DNA of 64,000 nt, from assembly GCA_938030735.1 (NCBI GenBank), contig CALHIM010000011.1, positions 173,480 through 237,479 on the forward strand. Reading direction: 5' to 3'. Each line of letters starts with the position of its first letter. Position 1 is the first letter of the stretch. This document shows, one piece after another, positions 20,769 to 30,166 of this stretch. The notes under the pieces were generated by a model. That model had not been told where the DNA came from. It saw only the letters and a program-made list of their open reading frames with translations, and did not search any database. The translations under genes and the position numbers were made by a program. Source of the DNA: an uncultured bacterium (lineage in GTDB: Bacteria; Patescibacteriota; Saccharimonadia; Saccharimonadales; Saccharimonadaceae).

Positions 20769-20797
20769 TTGAAATTATTAAAAAACTCGTGTATAAT
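20769..20797 (+). promoter_or_regulatory. sigma70-like promoter of tRNA-Asn
   Basis: TTGAAA (20769-20774), 17-nt spacer, TATAAT (20792-20797), ending 11 nt before the tRNA 5' end. Confidence 0.6.
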
Positions 20798-20808
20798 AAG
20801 ATTATTAT

Positions 20809-20883
20809 TCCGGCATAGCTCAGTGGTAGAGCGGTTGGCTGTTAACCAATAGGTCGCTGGTTCGAGCCCAGCTGCCGGAGCCA
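20809..20883 (+). tRNA. tRNA-Asn (GTT)
   Basis: Cloverleaf folded by hand. Acceptor TCCGGCA/TGCCGGA, anticodon loop CTGTTAA, T-loop GGTTCGAGCCC, CCA encoded. Confidence 0.9.
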
Positions 20884-21054
20884 AATTTGAGTTTTACGAC
20901 AATTTGATAATGTGAGAAAAGGTTCTAACAGATTAAGATAGAGCCTTTTTTCTTTTTTATTTAACTCTATATTGCAAAAAATTTCCAATTGATATATTAT
21001 AATAGAAAAATATGACTAGTCTGATAAAAACCGAAGAACTAGATAGGGTATATT

Positions 21055-22653
21055 ATGAACTTAATATTTATAAGACATGGTGAGGCGATGGATAATACGC
21101 GTGAAATTTTATCAAGCCAAGAAATACAATGTTCGATATTGACTGAAAATGGTAGAAAGCAAGTTATTGAATCGGTAAAATTACTACCTAAAATAGATAA
21201 AATATACGCCTCACCGTTAATTAGAACTCTACAAACAGCGAAAGAAGTTGCAGATAATCGAAACCTTAATGTTGAAATAGATAACCGTATTAGAGAGATA
21301 AATTGGGGTAAATTTAACGGAAAAGAAAATTCTGCGGAACTAGATGAGGTTAGGGAGAAGCAAGTTGCTGGAGATTTTTTTATTAGATTTGGCCAGTATG
21401 GCGACAATAAATATAGCATTGAAAGCAGATTATGCGATTTCTTAACTGATGTTAAAAAGAATAATTTCAAAAATAGCACTGTATTAATAGTTTCTCATGG
21501 AACGATTATATCTTTTATGAAGCGGATTTTAGGGCTAAAATCTTCTCATGCGAAAAAAGGTAAATTCGAAGTTTTTAACGATGTTGATTTTCGATTTTTA
21601 GACAAGCATAAGAATTTATTGAGTGATATATCAAATTTTGAAGTTAGTAAAAGGCTCAAAGAAACACACAGAATTAAGAATAACGAAATTAGGTATAAAT
21701 ATGCAAATATTGCTAAAGACTATAACAATATAGAATTTAATAATGAAACACTTAAGTATTTAATTTTAGGGTTGAATGATAAACTCAGCAAGGTTGAAAA
21801 TATTTTAAAGCCTATCAATAAAAGTAAAAAAGAGATTATTTTAGTTTGTGTATTTAATAATTTTTCAGAATTTTTTGAAAAATGGATAAGGCATTACGTT
21901 AATTTAGGTGTTAAGAATTTCGTATTGGTAAATAATAATTCTAATGATGATTCAATAAAAAAGATAAATGAAATTACGAAAAATATTAAAGATATTAAAC
22001 TGGATTTATACAATATTGAAGCTCCCTATAATTGTTTTAGAGCTTGTAGTTGGAGACAGCAGATTTTAGATATTTATGGAATTAACAGATGGTATCTGAA
22101 TATTGATTCTGATGAATTATTCCATGTTGATAAAAAGATTGAAGAATACATTGACTCTATAAATAAGGATGGTCATAAATCTGTTAAAGCTATTATGATA
22201 GATGTATATTCTAAAAAGCCTATTTTTGAAAATAAAAATATAAGAGATATGGAATTTGTCGATTCGAACACTTATAAAACAGAGATAAATCCTTTTTACG
22301 GTTTAAGGATTTATGGCGGCCCTAGAGAGAGGATTTTTGGTTTAAAATCTAGCTTACAAAAGATTCCACTATTATATTACACTGGAAATGAATTAATCGT
22401 GAACGATCATTTCTTATTTCCGAAAGAGTTAAATTTTGTAAATATATCATCGGCGATATTTCATTATAAATTCTTACCAAATTCACTATCGTTATATAAA
22501 AATATGGCGAAAAGCGGGGTGTGTTGGCAAGATTCTAAAGAGTATAAAAAATATCTATCTGCTTACGAAGATGACGCTAAATTATCTATGTTTTCGAAAG
22601 ATTCATCTATTAAAATTGAAGATTTTCGACTATCAGATATAATACTCGAGTAG
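21055..22653 (+). CDS. fusion protein: histidine phosphatase (PGM-family) N-domain + GT2-like/GT92-like glycosyltransferase C-domain
   Basis: N-domain has the RHG motif (IFIRHGEAMDN) and a second His (LIVSHGTI). C-domain has LVCVFNNFSEFFEKWIRHYVNLGVKNFVLVNNNSNDDS and NIDSDELF (DxDE). The gene is visibly AT-rich. Confidence 0.55.
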   Translation: MNLIFIRHGEAMDNTREILSSQEIQCSILTENGRKQVIESVKLLPKIDKIYASPLIRTLQTAKEVADNRNLNVEIDNRIREINWGKFNGKENSAELDEVREKQVAGDFFIRFGQYGDNKYSIESRLCDFLTDVKKNNFKNSTVLIVSHGTIISFMKRILGLKSSHAKKGKFEVFNDVDFRFLDKHKNLLSDISNFEVSKRLKETHRIKNNEIRYKYANIAKDYNNIEFNNETLKYLILGLNDKLSKVENILKPINKSKKEIILVCVFNNFSEFFEKWIRHYVNLGVKNFVLVNNNSNDDSIKKINEITKNIKDIKLDLYNIEAPYNCFRACSWRQQILDIYGINRWYLNIDSDELFHVDKKIEEYIDSINKDGHKSVKAIMIDVYSKKPIFENKNIRDMEFVDSNTYKTEINPFYGLRIYGGPRERIFGLKSSLQKIPLLYYTGNELIVNDHFLFPKELNFVNISSAIFHYKFLPNSLSLYKNMAKSGVCWQDSKEYKKYLSAYEDDAKLSMFSKDSSIKIEDFRLSDIILE

Positions 22654-22786
22654 TTGTTGGTTAGTAACATTTCTATCAAGGGGAGCCAAGAAAATCTCCC
22701 GAAATCTCGGGGGTTTTTCTTTTTCTTAAAATTTTAAGACTTTTCTAAGTAAAATATGTTAAAATTAAAATAGAAAAGAGGTAAAA

Positions 22787-24112
22787 ATGAAATTTGATAA
22801 AATTATAATTGGATTTGGAAAAGCTGGAAAGACTTTGGCAGTTCTGGCTGCTAATAAAGGTGAAAAAGTTGCATTAATTGAAAAGTCGCCGAAAATGTAT
22901 GGCGGAACCTGCATTAATATTGCTTGTATTCCAACCAAAATTCTAGCGGTTGCGGCGAGCGAAAATTTAACTTTCGAAGAAGCGATTGAACGAAAATTTG
23001 ATGTTGTGCAGCGGCTAAATTCAAAAAATTATCATATGCTTGCGGATAACGAGTCGATTACAGTTTTTGATGGCTTTGGTTCATTTTTAGATGAAAACAC
23101 AATTTTAGTTGAATCGAATGGTGAAAAACTTGAGCTTTCGGCCGATAAGATTATTATTAATACTGGTGCAGAAAGTTTTATTCCTAAAATTTCAGGAATT
23201 GAAGAAGGTCTAAAGGACTCAAAAATCTTAACCAGTACAGAGCTTCTTGAAAATCAAGAGTCGATTGACAGTCTAGCAATTATTGGGGGTGGATTTATCG
23301 GCCTAGAGTTTTCTTCAACTCTTGCGAAGTTGGGCACAAAAGTAACAATTTTTGAACGAGGTGATAAAATTTTAGCTGATGAAGATGATTCGATGAGAAA
23401 AGCAATTTTTGACTTTTTAGCCTCTCAAGGTGTTAATTTTGAGTTTAATGCAAATATTGAAGCTTTCGAAAATGTTGAAAATGGAATTTTAGTCCAAAAT
23501 AATGGCGAGAAATTGGCTTTTGATAAGGTGCTAATTTCAACCGGGCGAAAACCGGCAACTGCAAAATTAAACCTTGAACGAGCAGGAATTAAAACACTTG
23601 AAAATGGTGGAATTTGGACTGACGAAAATCTTCAAACTTCAAATTCAAAAGTTTGGGCGGTTGGCGATGTGAGAGGAAAAGAGCAATTTACTTATGCTTC
23701 TTTAGATGATTTTCGAATTTTGCGCTCACAGTTTTATGGTGACGGAAAATATTCTCTAAAAAATCGTGTTAATTTGCCGAATTCGATTTTTTTGCAGGTT
23801 CCATTTTCGAAAGTTGGATTAACTGAAAAACAAGCTTTGGAGGAAGGTTTTGAGATTAAGGTAAAGGAAATTCCGGCGGCAGCAGTGCCAAAACTCCAGC
23901 TTGAATTTAAAACAACGGGTCTTTTGCGAGCGATTGTAGATTTGAAAACTAATAAGATTTTAGGCGCAGCTTTGTTTTGCTATAATTCGCCAGAAGTTAT
24001 AAATATTATAAAAACGGTGATTGACGCTGGTCTTGATTATACTGTTCTACGAGACCAGATTTTCACCCACCCAACCGTGGCTGAAAGTTTGAACGATTTG
24101 TTTAATCTTTAA
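22787..24112 (+). CDS. rclA: RclA/YkgC-like FAD-dependent pyridine nucleotide-disulfide oxidoreductase
   Basis: 441 aa. IIGFGKAGKTLA, redox CxxxxC (GGTCINIACIPTK), and the C-terminus RDQIFTHPTVAESLNDLF closely match E. coli RclA as I recall it. Confidence 0.65.
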   Translation: MKFDKIIIGFGKAGKTLAVLAANKGEKVALIEKSPKMYGGTCINIACIPTKILAVAASENLTFEEAIERKFDVVQRLNSKNYHMLADNESITVFDGFGSFLDENTILVESNGEKLELSADKIIINTGAESFIPKISGIEEGLKDSKILTSTELLENQESIDSLAIIGGGFIGLEFSSTLAKLGTKVTIFERGDKILADEDDSMRKAIFDFLASQGVNFEFNANIEAFENVENGILVQNNGEKLAFDKVLISTGRKPATAKLNLERAGIKTLENGGIWTDENLQTSNSKVWAVGDVRGKEQFTYASLDDFRILRSQFYGDGKYSLKNRVNLPNSIFLQVPFSKVGLTEKQALEEGFEIKVKEIPAAAVPKLQLEFKTTGLLRAIVDLKTNKILGAALFCYNSPEVINIIKTVIDAGLDYTVLRDQIFTHPTVAESLNDLFNL

Positions 24113-24178
24113 GTTTGATTTATTTTTGAAAATTTGATATAATTTAAGCAAAAGCATAATAATTTTTAAAGGTGGGAA

Positions 24179-26077
24179 ATGAAACCGACGATTCTATCGA
24201 TTGGAAATGCGACAAAAGATAACTTTTTAGACATTCAAAATCAAAAAATTTATAAAGATGAGCTCAATGATTTTCATTATGATCTAACTTTTGATGATTC
24301 AACTTTAAATTATCGAAAACAAGCTGGTGTTTATGGTGGAACAATTTTGAGTGAAAAAATCTTTACAGCAGCGCATTTTAAGGCTTTTTCAAGTGCGAAT
24401 CCAAACGGTACTTCTCATTTCGAATATGATGAAATTAACAGCAATCTGATTGATCGATTTATAGTTTCACATAAAGGCAAGAGTTTTATTTTAACTAGCA
24501 ATCCTCGTAGCACAAAATGGGTTTCGCCAGCTTTTCCACCAGATTTAATTTATATTGCGGATGCTAATTTTTCGCAAAATTATTTAGCTGATTTTAAAAA
24601 ATATCTTCGTGAAAATCCAAAGATCGAGCTTGTTTTTAATATTGCTGATTTGATCCCTGAGCTTGCACATGAGTTTTTTATTCGAGCGAATTTAGTTTTT
24701 GTAGATTTTCGAAAACAAAATTTAAGCAATTTGATTGATTATTCAAGTTATGAAAATGCGATAGATTCACTAATTAAAACTGGTGTGCGAGGTGTTGTTA
24801 TTTTTGATGGTTCGAAAATAATTGCTGGAAATAAAGAAAAAATTGCCAGTATTGAAACTAACTTCGAATTAAATTCGTTTTATCAGAATAATATTTTTCA
24901 GGCGGCTTTCGTTGCTGAAAATTTTTCGAATTCTTCAAAATTAGAAGAAAATTTGCAAGTTGCAGTTACAATTGCTAATAAATCTGATTTTAATGATATT
25001 TTGAAGCCTTTTTATGCGCATCAAATTTTAAATCGCAAAAATTATGAGTTACCTGTTGATGTTTTGAGTAGTACGCCAGATATTGAAACGCGATTACATA
25101 AAACTGCTGCTAAATTGGTTGCGCGACCAAAAGGAATATTTGCTGCGGATGAGTCTGGCGGGAATATTCATAAAAAATTCGAAACGATTGGGCTTGAAGA
25201 TACTTTTGAAAATCGTAGGGCTTATCGTGAGATGTTTTTTAAAACACCAGATATTGAGAATTATTTAAGTGGAATTATTCTTTTTGAAGAGACGACTGAA
25301 CAAAATACTTCTGAAGGTATTAATTTTGTTGAGTATTTAAAAAATCGTGGAATTTTGGTTGGTGTGAAACTTGACGGTGGTTTGCGGCCTTTAACTGGAT
25401 TTGAAGGTGAGACGATTTCGATAGGGCTTGATTCTTTGATTGAAAAACTCCAAAAATATTCAAAAGTAGGAATTGATTTTGCAAAATGGCGAGTTGCTTT
25501 TGAAATTGATGAAGAAAAAGGAACGCCGAGCGAAGCCGCGATCGCTTCGAATTTACGAGTTTTGGCACAATATGCTAAAGCCTGCCAGAATTATGGAATT
25601 GTACCAATCGTTGAGCCAGAGGTAGTTTATTCTGGAAAACACACTATTAAACAATGCCGAGAAGTTACGGAGAAGATTCTTAAAAAGCTCTTTGAGGAAC
25701 TAAAGATATTTAAAGTTGATCTTAAAGGGACAATCTTGAAAACAAATATGGTTCTTGCTGGCTCTGAAAATGAAATTCAATCTTCTTCAAGAGAAGTTGC
25801 ACGAGAAACCGTTTCTGTTTTTAAGAAAATAGTTCCAAAAGAATTAGCAGGGATCGTATTCCTTTCTGGTGGGCAAACTGCAACTCAGGCAACCGATAAC
25901 CTTCAAGAAATAACCAATCTCGGACCTTTTGACTGGGGATTGACCTATAGTTTTGCACGAGCTTTGCAGCTTCCGGCGCTTCAAGCTTGGACTGGAAAAC
26001 CAGAAAATGTTCAGCAAGCTCAGTTGCTTTTCTTGGAGCGAGTCGCGGCAAATTCGCACGCTTTGTATAAGAATTAA
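24179..26077 (+). CDS. fusion: degenerate PfkB/ribokinase-like N-domain + class I fructose-bisphosphate aldolase
   Basis: The C-terminal ~330 aa carry class I FBA motifs (GIFAADESGGNI, IVPIVEPEV, ILKTNMV Schiff-base Lys region). The N-terminal ~300 aa are laid out like a PfkB sugar kinase (ILSIGNATKD, GVYGG) but have no GAGD/DTxGAGD motif. Confidence 0.7.
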   Translation: MKPTILSIGNATKDNFLDIQNQKIYKDELNDFHYDLTFDDSTLNYRKQAGVYGGTILSEKIFTAAHFKAFSSANPNGTSHFEYDEINSNLIDRFIVSHKGKSFILTSNPRSTKWVSPAFPPDLIYIADANFSQNYLADFKKYLRENPKIELVFNIADLIPELAHEFFIRANLVFVDFRKQNLSNLIDYSSYENAIDSLIKTGVRGVVIFDGSKIIAGNKEKIASIETNFELNSFYQNNIFQAAFVAENFSNSSKLEENLQVAVTIANKSDFNDILKPFYAHQILNRKNYELPVDVLSSTPDIETRLHKTAAKLVARPKGIFAADESGGNIHKKFETIGLEDTFENRRAYREMFFKTPDIENYLSGIILFEETTEQNTSEGINFVEYLKNRGILVGVKLDGGLRPLTGFEGETISIGLDSLIEKLQKYSKVGIDFAKWRVAFEIDEEKGTPSEAAIASNLRVLAQYAKACQNYGIVPIVEPEVVYSGKHTIKQCREVTEKILKKLFEELKIFKVDLKGTILKTNMVLAGSENEIQSSSREVARETVSVFKKIVPKELAGIVFLSGGQTATQATDNLQEITNLGPFDWGLTYSFARALQLPALQAWTGKPENVQQAQLLFLERVAANSHALYKN

Positions 26078-26091
26078 CGAACGAAAATATT

Positions 26092-26128
26092 AAAAACGCT
26101 CAAAATTTTAGTTATTGAGCGTTTTTGT
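26092..26128. terminator. bidirectional intrinsic terminator
   Basis: Stem AACGCTCAA (26095-26103) pairs with TTGAGCGTT (26115-26123), with an A-run and a T-run on either side. It lies between convergent genes. Confidence 0.8.
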
Positions 26129-26137
26129 TTTAATGAT

Positions 26138-27010
26138 TTACTTCTTTTTTACGTAAATAGCATAAATTGCAATTGCAATTCCGCCAACTGGGTAAAATAG
26201 TTTAGCCGAATCCCAATTATTTGTAATAAAACTGTAAGTTAAATAAATTGCTGTTATTGAAAGCATTATTATTGCCGCAAAAAATCCTATTTTTGAGTCT
26301 TTCTCTTCATCTTTATTTTCGATTTCATAAAAGTTATTAATTTTCGAAAAAATAGAATTTCCATAAGTTGATGCTGAGATTCCAATTCCTAATAGGGCCA
26401 TAAATATAGTATTAGCTAAATTAATGCCAAGATCAGAAAAATGATAAATTATTTGATGAGTTGCTATAGCTGTAAAAATTGTTGATGCCAGTGCCATAGT
26501 GCTGCTATTTTTGATATTTTTAGCTTGTCTAATTTCATTTTTTGAAAAAATTTTGTCAATTTTTATAGTATAATCAAGTAGGTTTTCAGTTTCTGAATTA
26601 TCGAAATTTTTAGCTAAAATTAGTAGGGGAACTGATATTGCTAAGGATAGCATTAAGCTAACCCCTGCTAAAACATTAAAGCTTGCTGTTGATCCTGAAA
26701 AGTATGCTGCTATTGCAAGGCCGGCAAAAAGAATAAACATACCAAGCGCACGAATTAGTGCAATTTTTTGATATGATTTTTCATATTCTTTTTTGTTAAA
26801 ATTTGCTTTTCTGGTTGAAATTTCGCCGGTTAGTTCATCTAGACTAATTTCAAAGAGTTCACTTAAAGCAATAAGTTTTTCAAGCTCGGGCGAAGACTTT
26901 CCACTCTCCCAGGCTGAAACTGATTGTCGCGAAACGCCAATTTTATCAGCAAGTTGCTCTTGTGAGATATTTTTCTCGGCTCGTAATTTTTGTAAATTCT
27001 GATTAAACAT
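26138..27010 (-). CDS. XRE-family HTH protein with C-terminal multi-TM domain
   Basis: ORF 26138..27025; ATG 27010 follows AAGGA. HTH LRAEKNISQEQLADKIGVSRQSVSAWESGKS, then about 6 hydrophobic helices. Confidence 0.75.
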   Translation of the reverse strand: MFNQNLQKLRAEKNISQEQLADKIGVSRQSVSAWESGKSSPELEKLIALSELFEISLDELTGEISTRKANFNKKEYEKSYQKIALIRALGMFILFAGLAIAAYFSGSTASFNVLAGVSLMLSLAISVPLLILAKNFDNSETENLLDYTIKIDKIFSKNEIRQAKNIKNSSTMALASTIFTAIATHQIIYHFSDLGINLANTIFMALLGIGISASTYGNSIFSKINNFYEIENKDEEKDSKIGFFAAIIMLSITAIYLTYSFITNNWDSAKLFYPVGGIAIAIYAIYVKKK

Positions 27011-27276
27011 TTTTTGTCCTTTCATATTAATTATTATACATCAATTATATAAAAAATGCTCATTTGCGACTACCAAGTTTTCTTGAAAATTGCTAATTTT
27101 GTTGCCAATATTTTTAACAAAACAGATTTAATTTATGTTAAATTTGCTTGATTTCGCTAATAAAATATAATGAATTTATTAAATTTATTTTTTTGAAAAA
27201 TATTTAAAGCCACCAAAATTAGGTGGCTTAAGTCGTATGGTGCTATTCTTTTTTGAATTTTCGCAGGGTCTAAAAA

Positions 27277-27345
27277 CTATATCTTGCCCTGTTGACATGT
27301 GATATAGATAGGATCCATGTCTTTTCTTTTTTCAGTTTTTTCCAT
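27277..27345 (-). CDS. candidate 22-codon small ORF (MEKTEKRKDMDPIYITCQQGKI) in a self-contained transcription unit
   Basis: On the minus strand: TGtTATAAT (27420-27428), a leader of about 70 nt, AGGTG 6 nt before the ATG, and a terminator hairpin AAGCCACC/GGTGGCTT (27207-27229). Confidence 0.3.
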   Translation of the reverse strand: MEKTEKRKDMDPIYITCQQGKI

Positions 27346-27488
27346 CTTCTGCACCTACTTTCTAAAGGTTGAGGTTAATTTTTAAGATAGATTTTATCTT
27401 AAATGTAGCCTATAATTTAATTATAACACATTATTAAAGAGGAATAAATAGTTTTTATAAAAAACATAAAATGATATAATAATAAAAG

Positions 27489-29048
27489 ATGAACAAACAA
27501 CTTTCGAAAAAGCTAAAAGAACTGCCAAATTCTGCTGGTGTTTATTTTCATAAAAATTCGAAAGATGAGATCATTTATGTTGGAAAAGCGGCAAATTTAA
27601 AAAATCGTGTGCGGCAATATTTTCAAAATTCACGCAGGAGAGATCCGAAAACTGAAGCTTTAGTGGCAGAAATTGTAATGACTGACTGGATTGAGGTTGA
27701 GACTGAAATTGATGCGCTATTTTTGGAGAGTGAGATGATTAAGCGCTACAAGCCACAATACAACATACTTTTGCGGGATGATAAATCACCAACTTACGTG
27801 CGAATTGGTTTTCGCGACAAAATTCCGCATGTCAGTTTCACTAAAAATCCGCTTGATGATTTGGCAGAATATTTTGGTCCATTTTATAATTCTAATGTAG
27901 TAAAGAAATCTGTGCGGCTGCTTCGAAAAGTATTTCCGTATTATTTAAGTGAAAAAATGCCAGCTAAAAATAGTTTAGATTTTCAGATTGGCTTAACTCC
28001 TGGGTTGGAAAATTTTGAACCACATTCGGCCGAATATCAGCAAAAAATGACAGAATATAAACTTAATTTACGTAAGCTCTCGCGATATCTAAAAGGTGAA
28101 CGAAAAATGCTCCAGCTTGAAATTGAGAAAGAAATGCTTGATTTTGCGAATGAACAGAATTTTGAAATGGCTGCAAAAAAACGTAACCAACTGCGAGATT
28201 TGAGTGAGCTTGGCAAGCAAGTTATTTTTTCAAATGAGGAATTTTTGGATATTTCGAAAGATCACGCATTAGCGAAATTGGCAGAAATTCTATCGCTTGA
28301 AACTCCGCCGCGGCGAATTGAGGCTTATGATATTTCGCACACCGGTGGAGAAAATAATGTAGCATCGATGGTGGTTTTTACAAATGGGCTTAGTGACAAG
28401 CGAGAGTATCGAAAATTTAAAATGACAACTGGCGGAAATGATGATTTTCTTCATATGAAAGAAGTTTTAATACGGAGATTTTCGAAGCGAAACGAAAAAT
28501 GGGGGCGGCCCGATTTGGTTTTGATTGATGGTGGAAAAGGTCAATTGAGTGCAGTGCGAGAAGTTTTGCCGAGCGATATTTTAGCAATTGGAATCGCTAA
28601 GCGTGATGAGGAGATTATTTTTGATACGCAAAACCCAAATCTTAAAACTAGTTGGTTAGATAAAAACTTCGAAAAAAATGATAGAGATTTTTCGGTTCAG
28701 CTAGAGGGCGATTTTTTGATACTAAATTTGCACCTTTTACAAAGCCATTCACACGGCCACGCTCGTAACTTGTTGGGTGAAAGTAACTCGGAATTTAGTG
28801 ATTTAACCAAGCTTTTCCAGCGGATTCGTGATGAAGCTCACCGATTTGCGATCAATTATCATTCTAATTTGCGAGCTAAAAAGCAAACGCAGAATGCACT
28901 GGAGAAAATTGATGGTGTAGGAACAAAAACACGGGCAAAATTATTGCGAGAATTTGGTTCGCTAAAGAAAATTCGCGAAGCTCCCGTGCAAGAGCTTTCG
29001 AAAATTGTTGGTGAAAAATTAGCTCAAAAAATTAAGCAAAATTTGTAA
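27489..29048 (+). CDS. uvrC: excinuclease ABC subunit C (short form)
   Basis: GIY-YIG N-terminus (GVYFHKNSKDEIIYVGKAANLKNR), central UVR-like region, C-terminal endonuclease and HhH (IDGVGTKTRAKLL). 519 aa. Confidence 0.85.
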   Translation: MNKQLSKKLKELPNSAGVYFHKNSKDEIIYVGKAANLKNRVRQYFQNSRRRDPKTEALVAEIVMTDWIEVETEIDALFLESEMIKRYKPQYNILLRDDKSPTYVRIGFRDKIPHVSFTKNPLDDLAEYFGPFYNSNVVKKSVRLLRKVFPYYLSEKMPAKNSLDFQIGLTPGLENFEPHSAEYQQKMTEYKLNLRKLSRYLKGERKMLQLEIEKEMLDFANEQNFEMAAKKRNQLRDLSELGKQVIFSNEEFLDISKDHALAKLAEILSLETPPRRIEAYDISHTGGENNVASMVVFTNGLSDKREYRKFKMTTGGNDDFLHMKEVLIRRFSKRNEKWGRPDLVLIDGGKGQLSAVREVLPSDILAIGIAKRDEEIIFDTQNPNLKTSWLDKNFEKNDRDFSVQLEGDFLILNLHLLQSHSHGHARNLLGESNSEFSDLTKLFQRIRDEAHRFAINYHSNLRAKKQTQNALEKIDGVGTKTRAKLLREFGSLKKIREAPVQELSKIVGEKLAQKIKQNL

Positions 29049-29084
29049 TTTTCTTGAAATTTTGGTAAAATATACATAAGTATT

Positions 29085-29768
29085 ATGGTGGGTAAAGGCA
29101 GAATTAAAAAGCGTCTTAAACAGATACAATCGCTTAAAAATTGGCATTTGTTCATTTTACTTGTACTTGTTATTTTTGTAAATTTAACAGCTCTACGTTT
29201 AAATAATGTGGGAATGATTCGTAGAAGAGAAGCTGTTGAAACGGCTGATAAATCTGGCGATGTTGAAGCTACTAGAAGAGCAACAATTGAATTGGCTAAT
29301 TACGTTTATGCTCATATGAATAGTGGTGGAATTTTTTATAGTGATGAAACTCACTGGTTCAAAATAAATCGAGAGGTGAAAATTGTATGGGCAAATATTT
29401 ATGAAAGTGATACGAGAAAAGCCGAACAGGTTGCTCGTGAAACTGAAAGTAATAATCCGAATGGAAATATTTTTAAAAAGGCTGAAGAAGCTTGCCGGCC
29501 AAGGTTTCGGGGTGGATATTCTTTAGCGTATCAGCAGTGTATTTTAGATGAGCAAAATAAATATCCTGCAAGTAGCCAGGGTCAAGTTAAGGCTGAATAC
29601 CCAAATATTTCAGAATATACTTATAGTTTTGTTGCGCCAATTTGGTCATCAGATTTGGCCGGATGGACAACTTTAGTAGCAATAATTTTAATTTTTATGA
29701 TTGTAATAAAAATGATAACAACTATAATTCTTAAGCTTATTTTGAAAAAATATACACCAAAAGTGTAA
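29085..29768 (+). CDS. hypothetical protein with N- and C-terminal TM helices
   Basis: 227-aa ORF with no recognised domain. Confidence 0.45.
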   Translation: MVGKGRIKKRLKQIQSLKNWHLFILLVLVIFVNLTALRLNNVGMIRRREAVETADKSGDVEATRRATIELANYVYAHMNSGGIFYSDETHWFKINREVKIVWANIYESDTRKAEQVARETESNNPNGNIFKKAEEACRPRFRGGYSLAYQQCILDEQNKYPASSQGQVKAEYPNISEYTYSFVAPIWSSDLAGWTTLVAIILIFMIVIKMITTIILKLILKKYTPKV

Positions 29769-29837
29769 AAAGGCTTGACACTACTTTAAAACTGATATAC
29801 AATGAAAATATATAACAGTAGTAATGAAAGGATAGAA

Positions 29838-30044
29838 ATGGCTTATAGTCAAACAAATTCAAAAGGAATTACATATTATTTGCACAAAAGTGAAGTAACT
29901 TTGCGTGGCGGAAAACCACAAACAATTTACTTCTTTGCTAAAAAAGAAAAGAATGATAAGGGTGAGCCTTGCGACCTTCCAGAAGACCGAATTGTAAAAG
30001 AAAATCCACGAAACGGATTCTTAACAGTTTCTCGTAAGAAATAA
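29838..30044 (+). CDS. small conserved-looking hypothetical protein (68 aa)
   Basis: ORF 29802..30044 trimmed. TTGACA (29775-29780), 17-nt spacer, TACAAT (29798-29803) puts ATG 29802 inside the promoter. ATG 29838 follows AAAGGA. Confidence 0.5.
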   Translation: MAYSQTNSKGITYYLHKSEVTLRGGKPQTIYFFAKKEKNDKGEPCDLPEDRIVKENPRNGFLTVSRKK

Positions 30045-30166
30045 TAAATTAATTGTTTTTTCAAATTTTAAAATTGCTTTTCATTAAAAAATGTGAGGAG
30101 CAATTTTATTTTTTGGAGAATAAAAGAGATAGCCGCAGTTAAACTGCGGCTATAATACACCTTGAG

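Noticed and set aside
21039-21479. 146-aa minus-strand ORF
   Set aside because: It is antisense to the histidine-phosphatase domain, which has clear RHG/SHG motifs.
20877-22689. 8-nt direct repeat GGAGCCAA (tRNA-Asn 3' end and 22682..22689) as att sites of an integrated element
   Set aside because: An 8-mer is expected by chance about twice in 64 kb on two strands, and there is no integrase. I mention it only as weak support in the islet finding.
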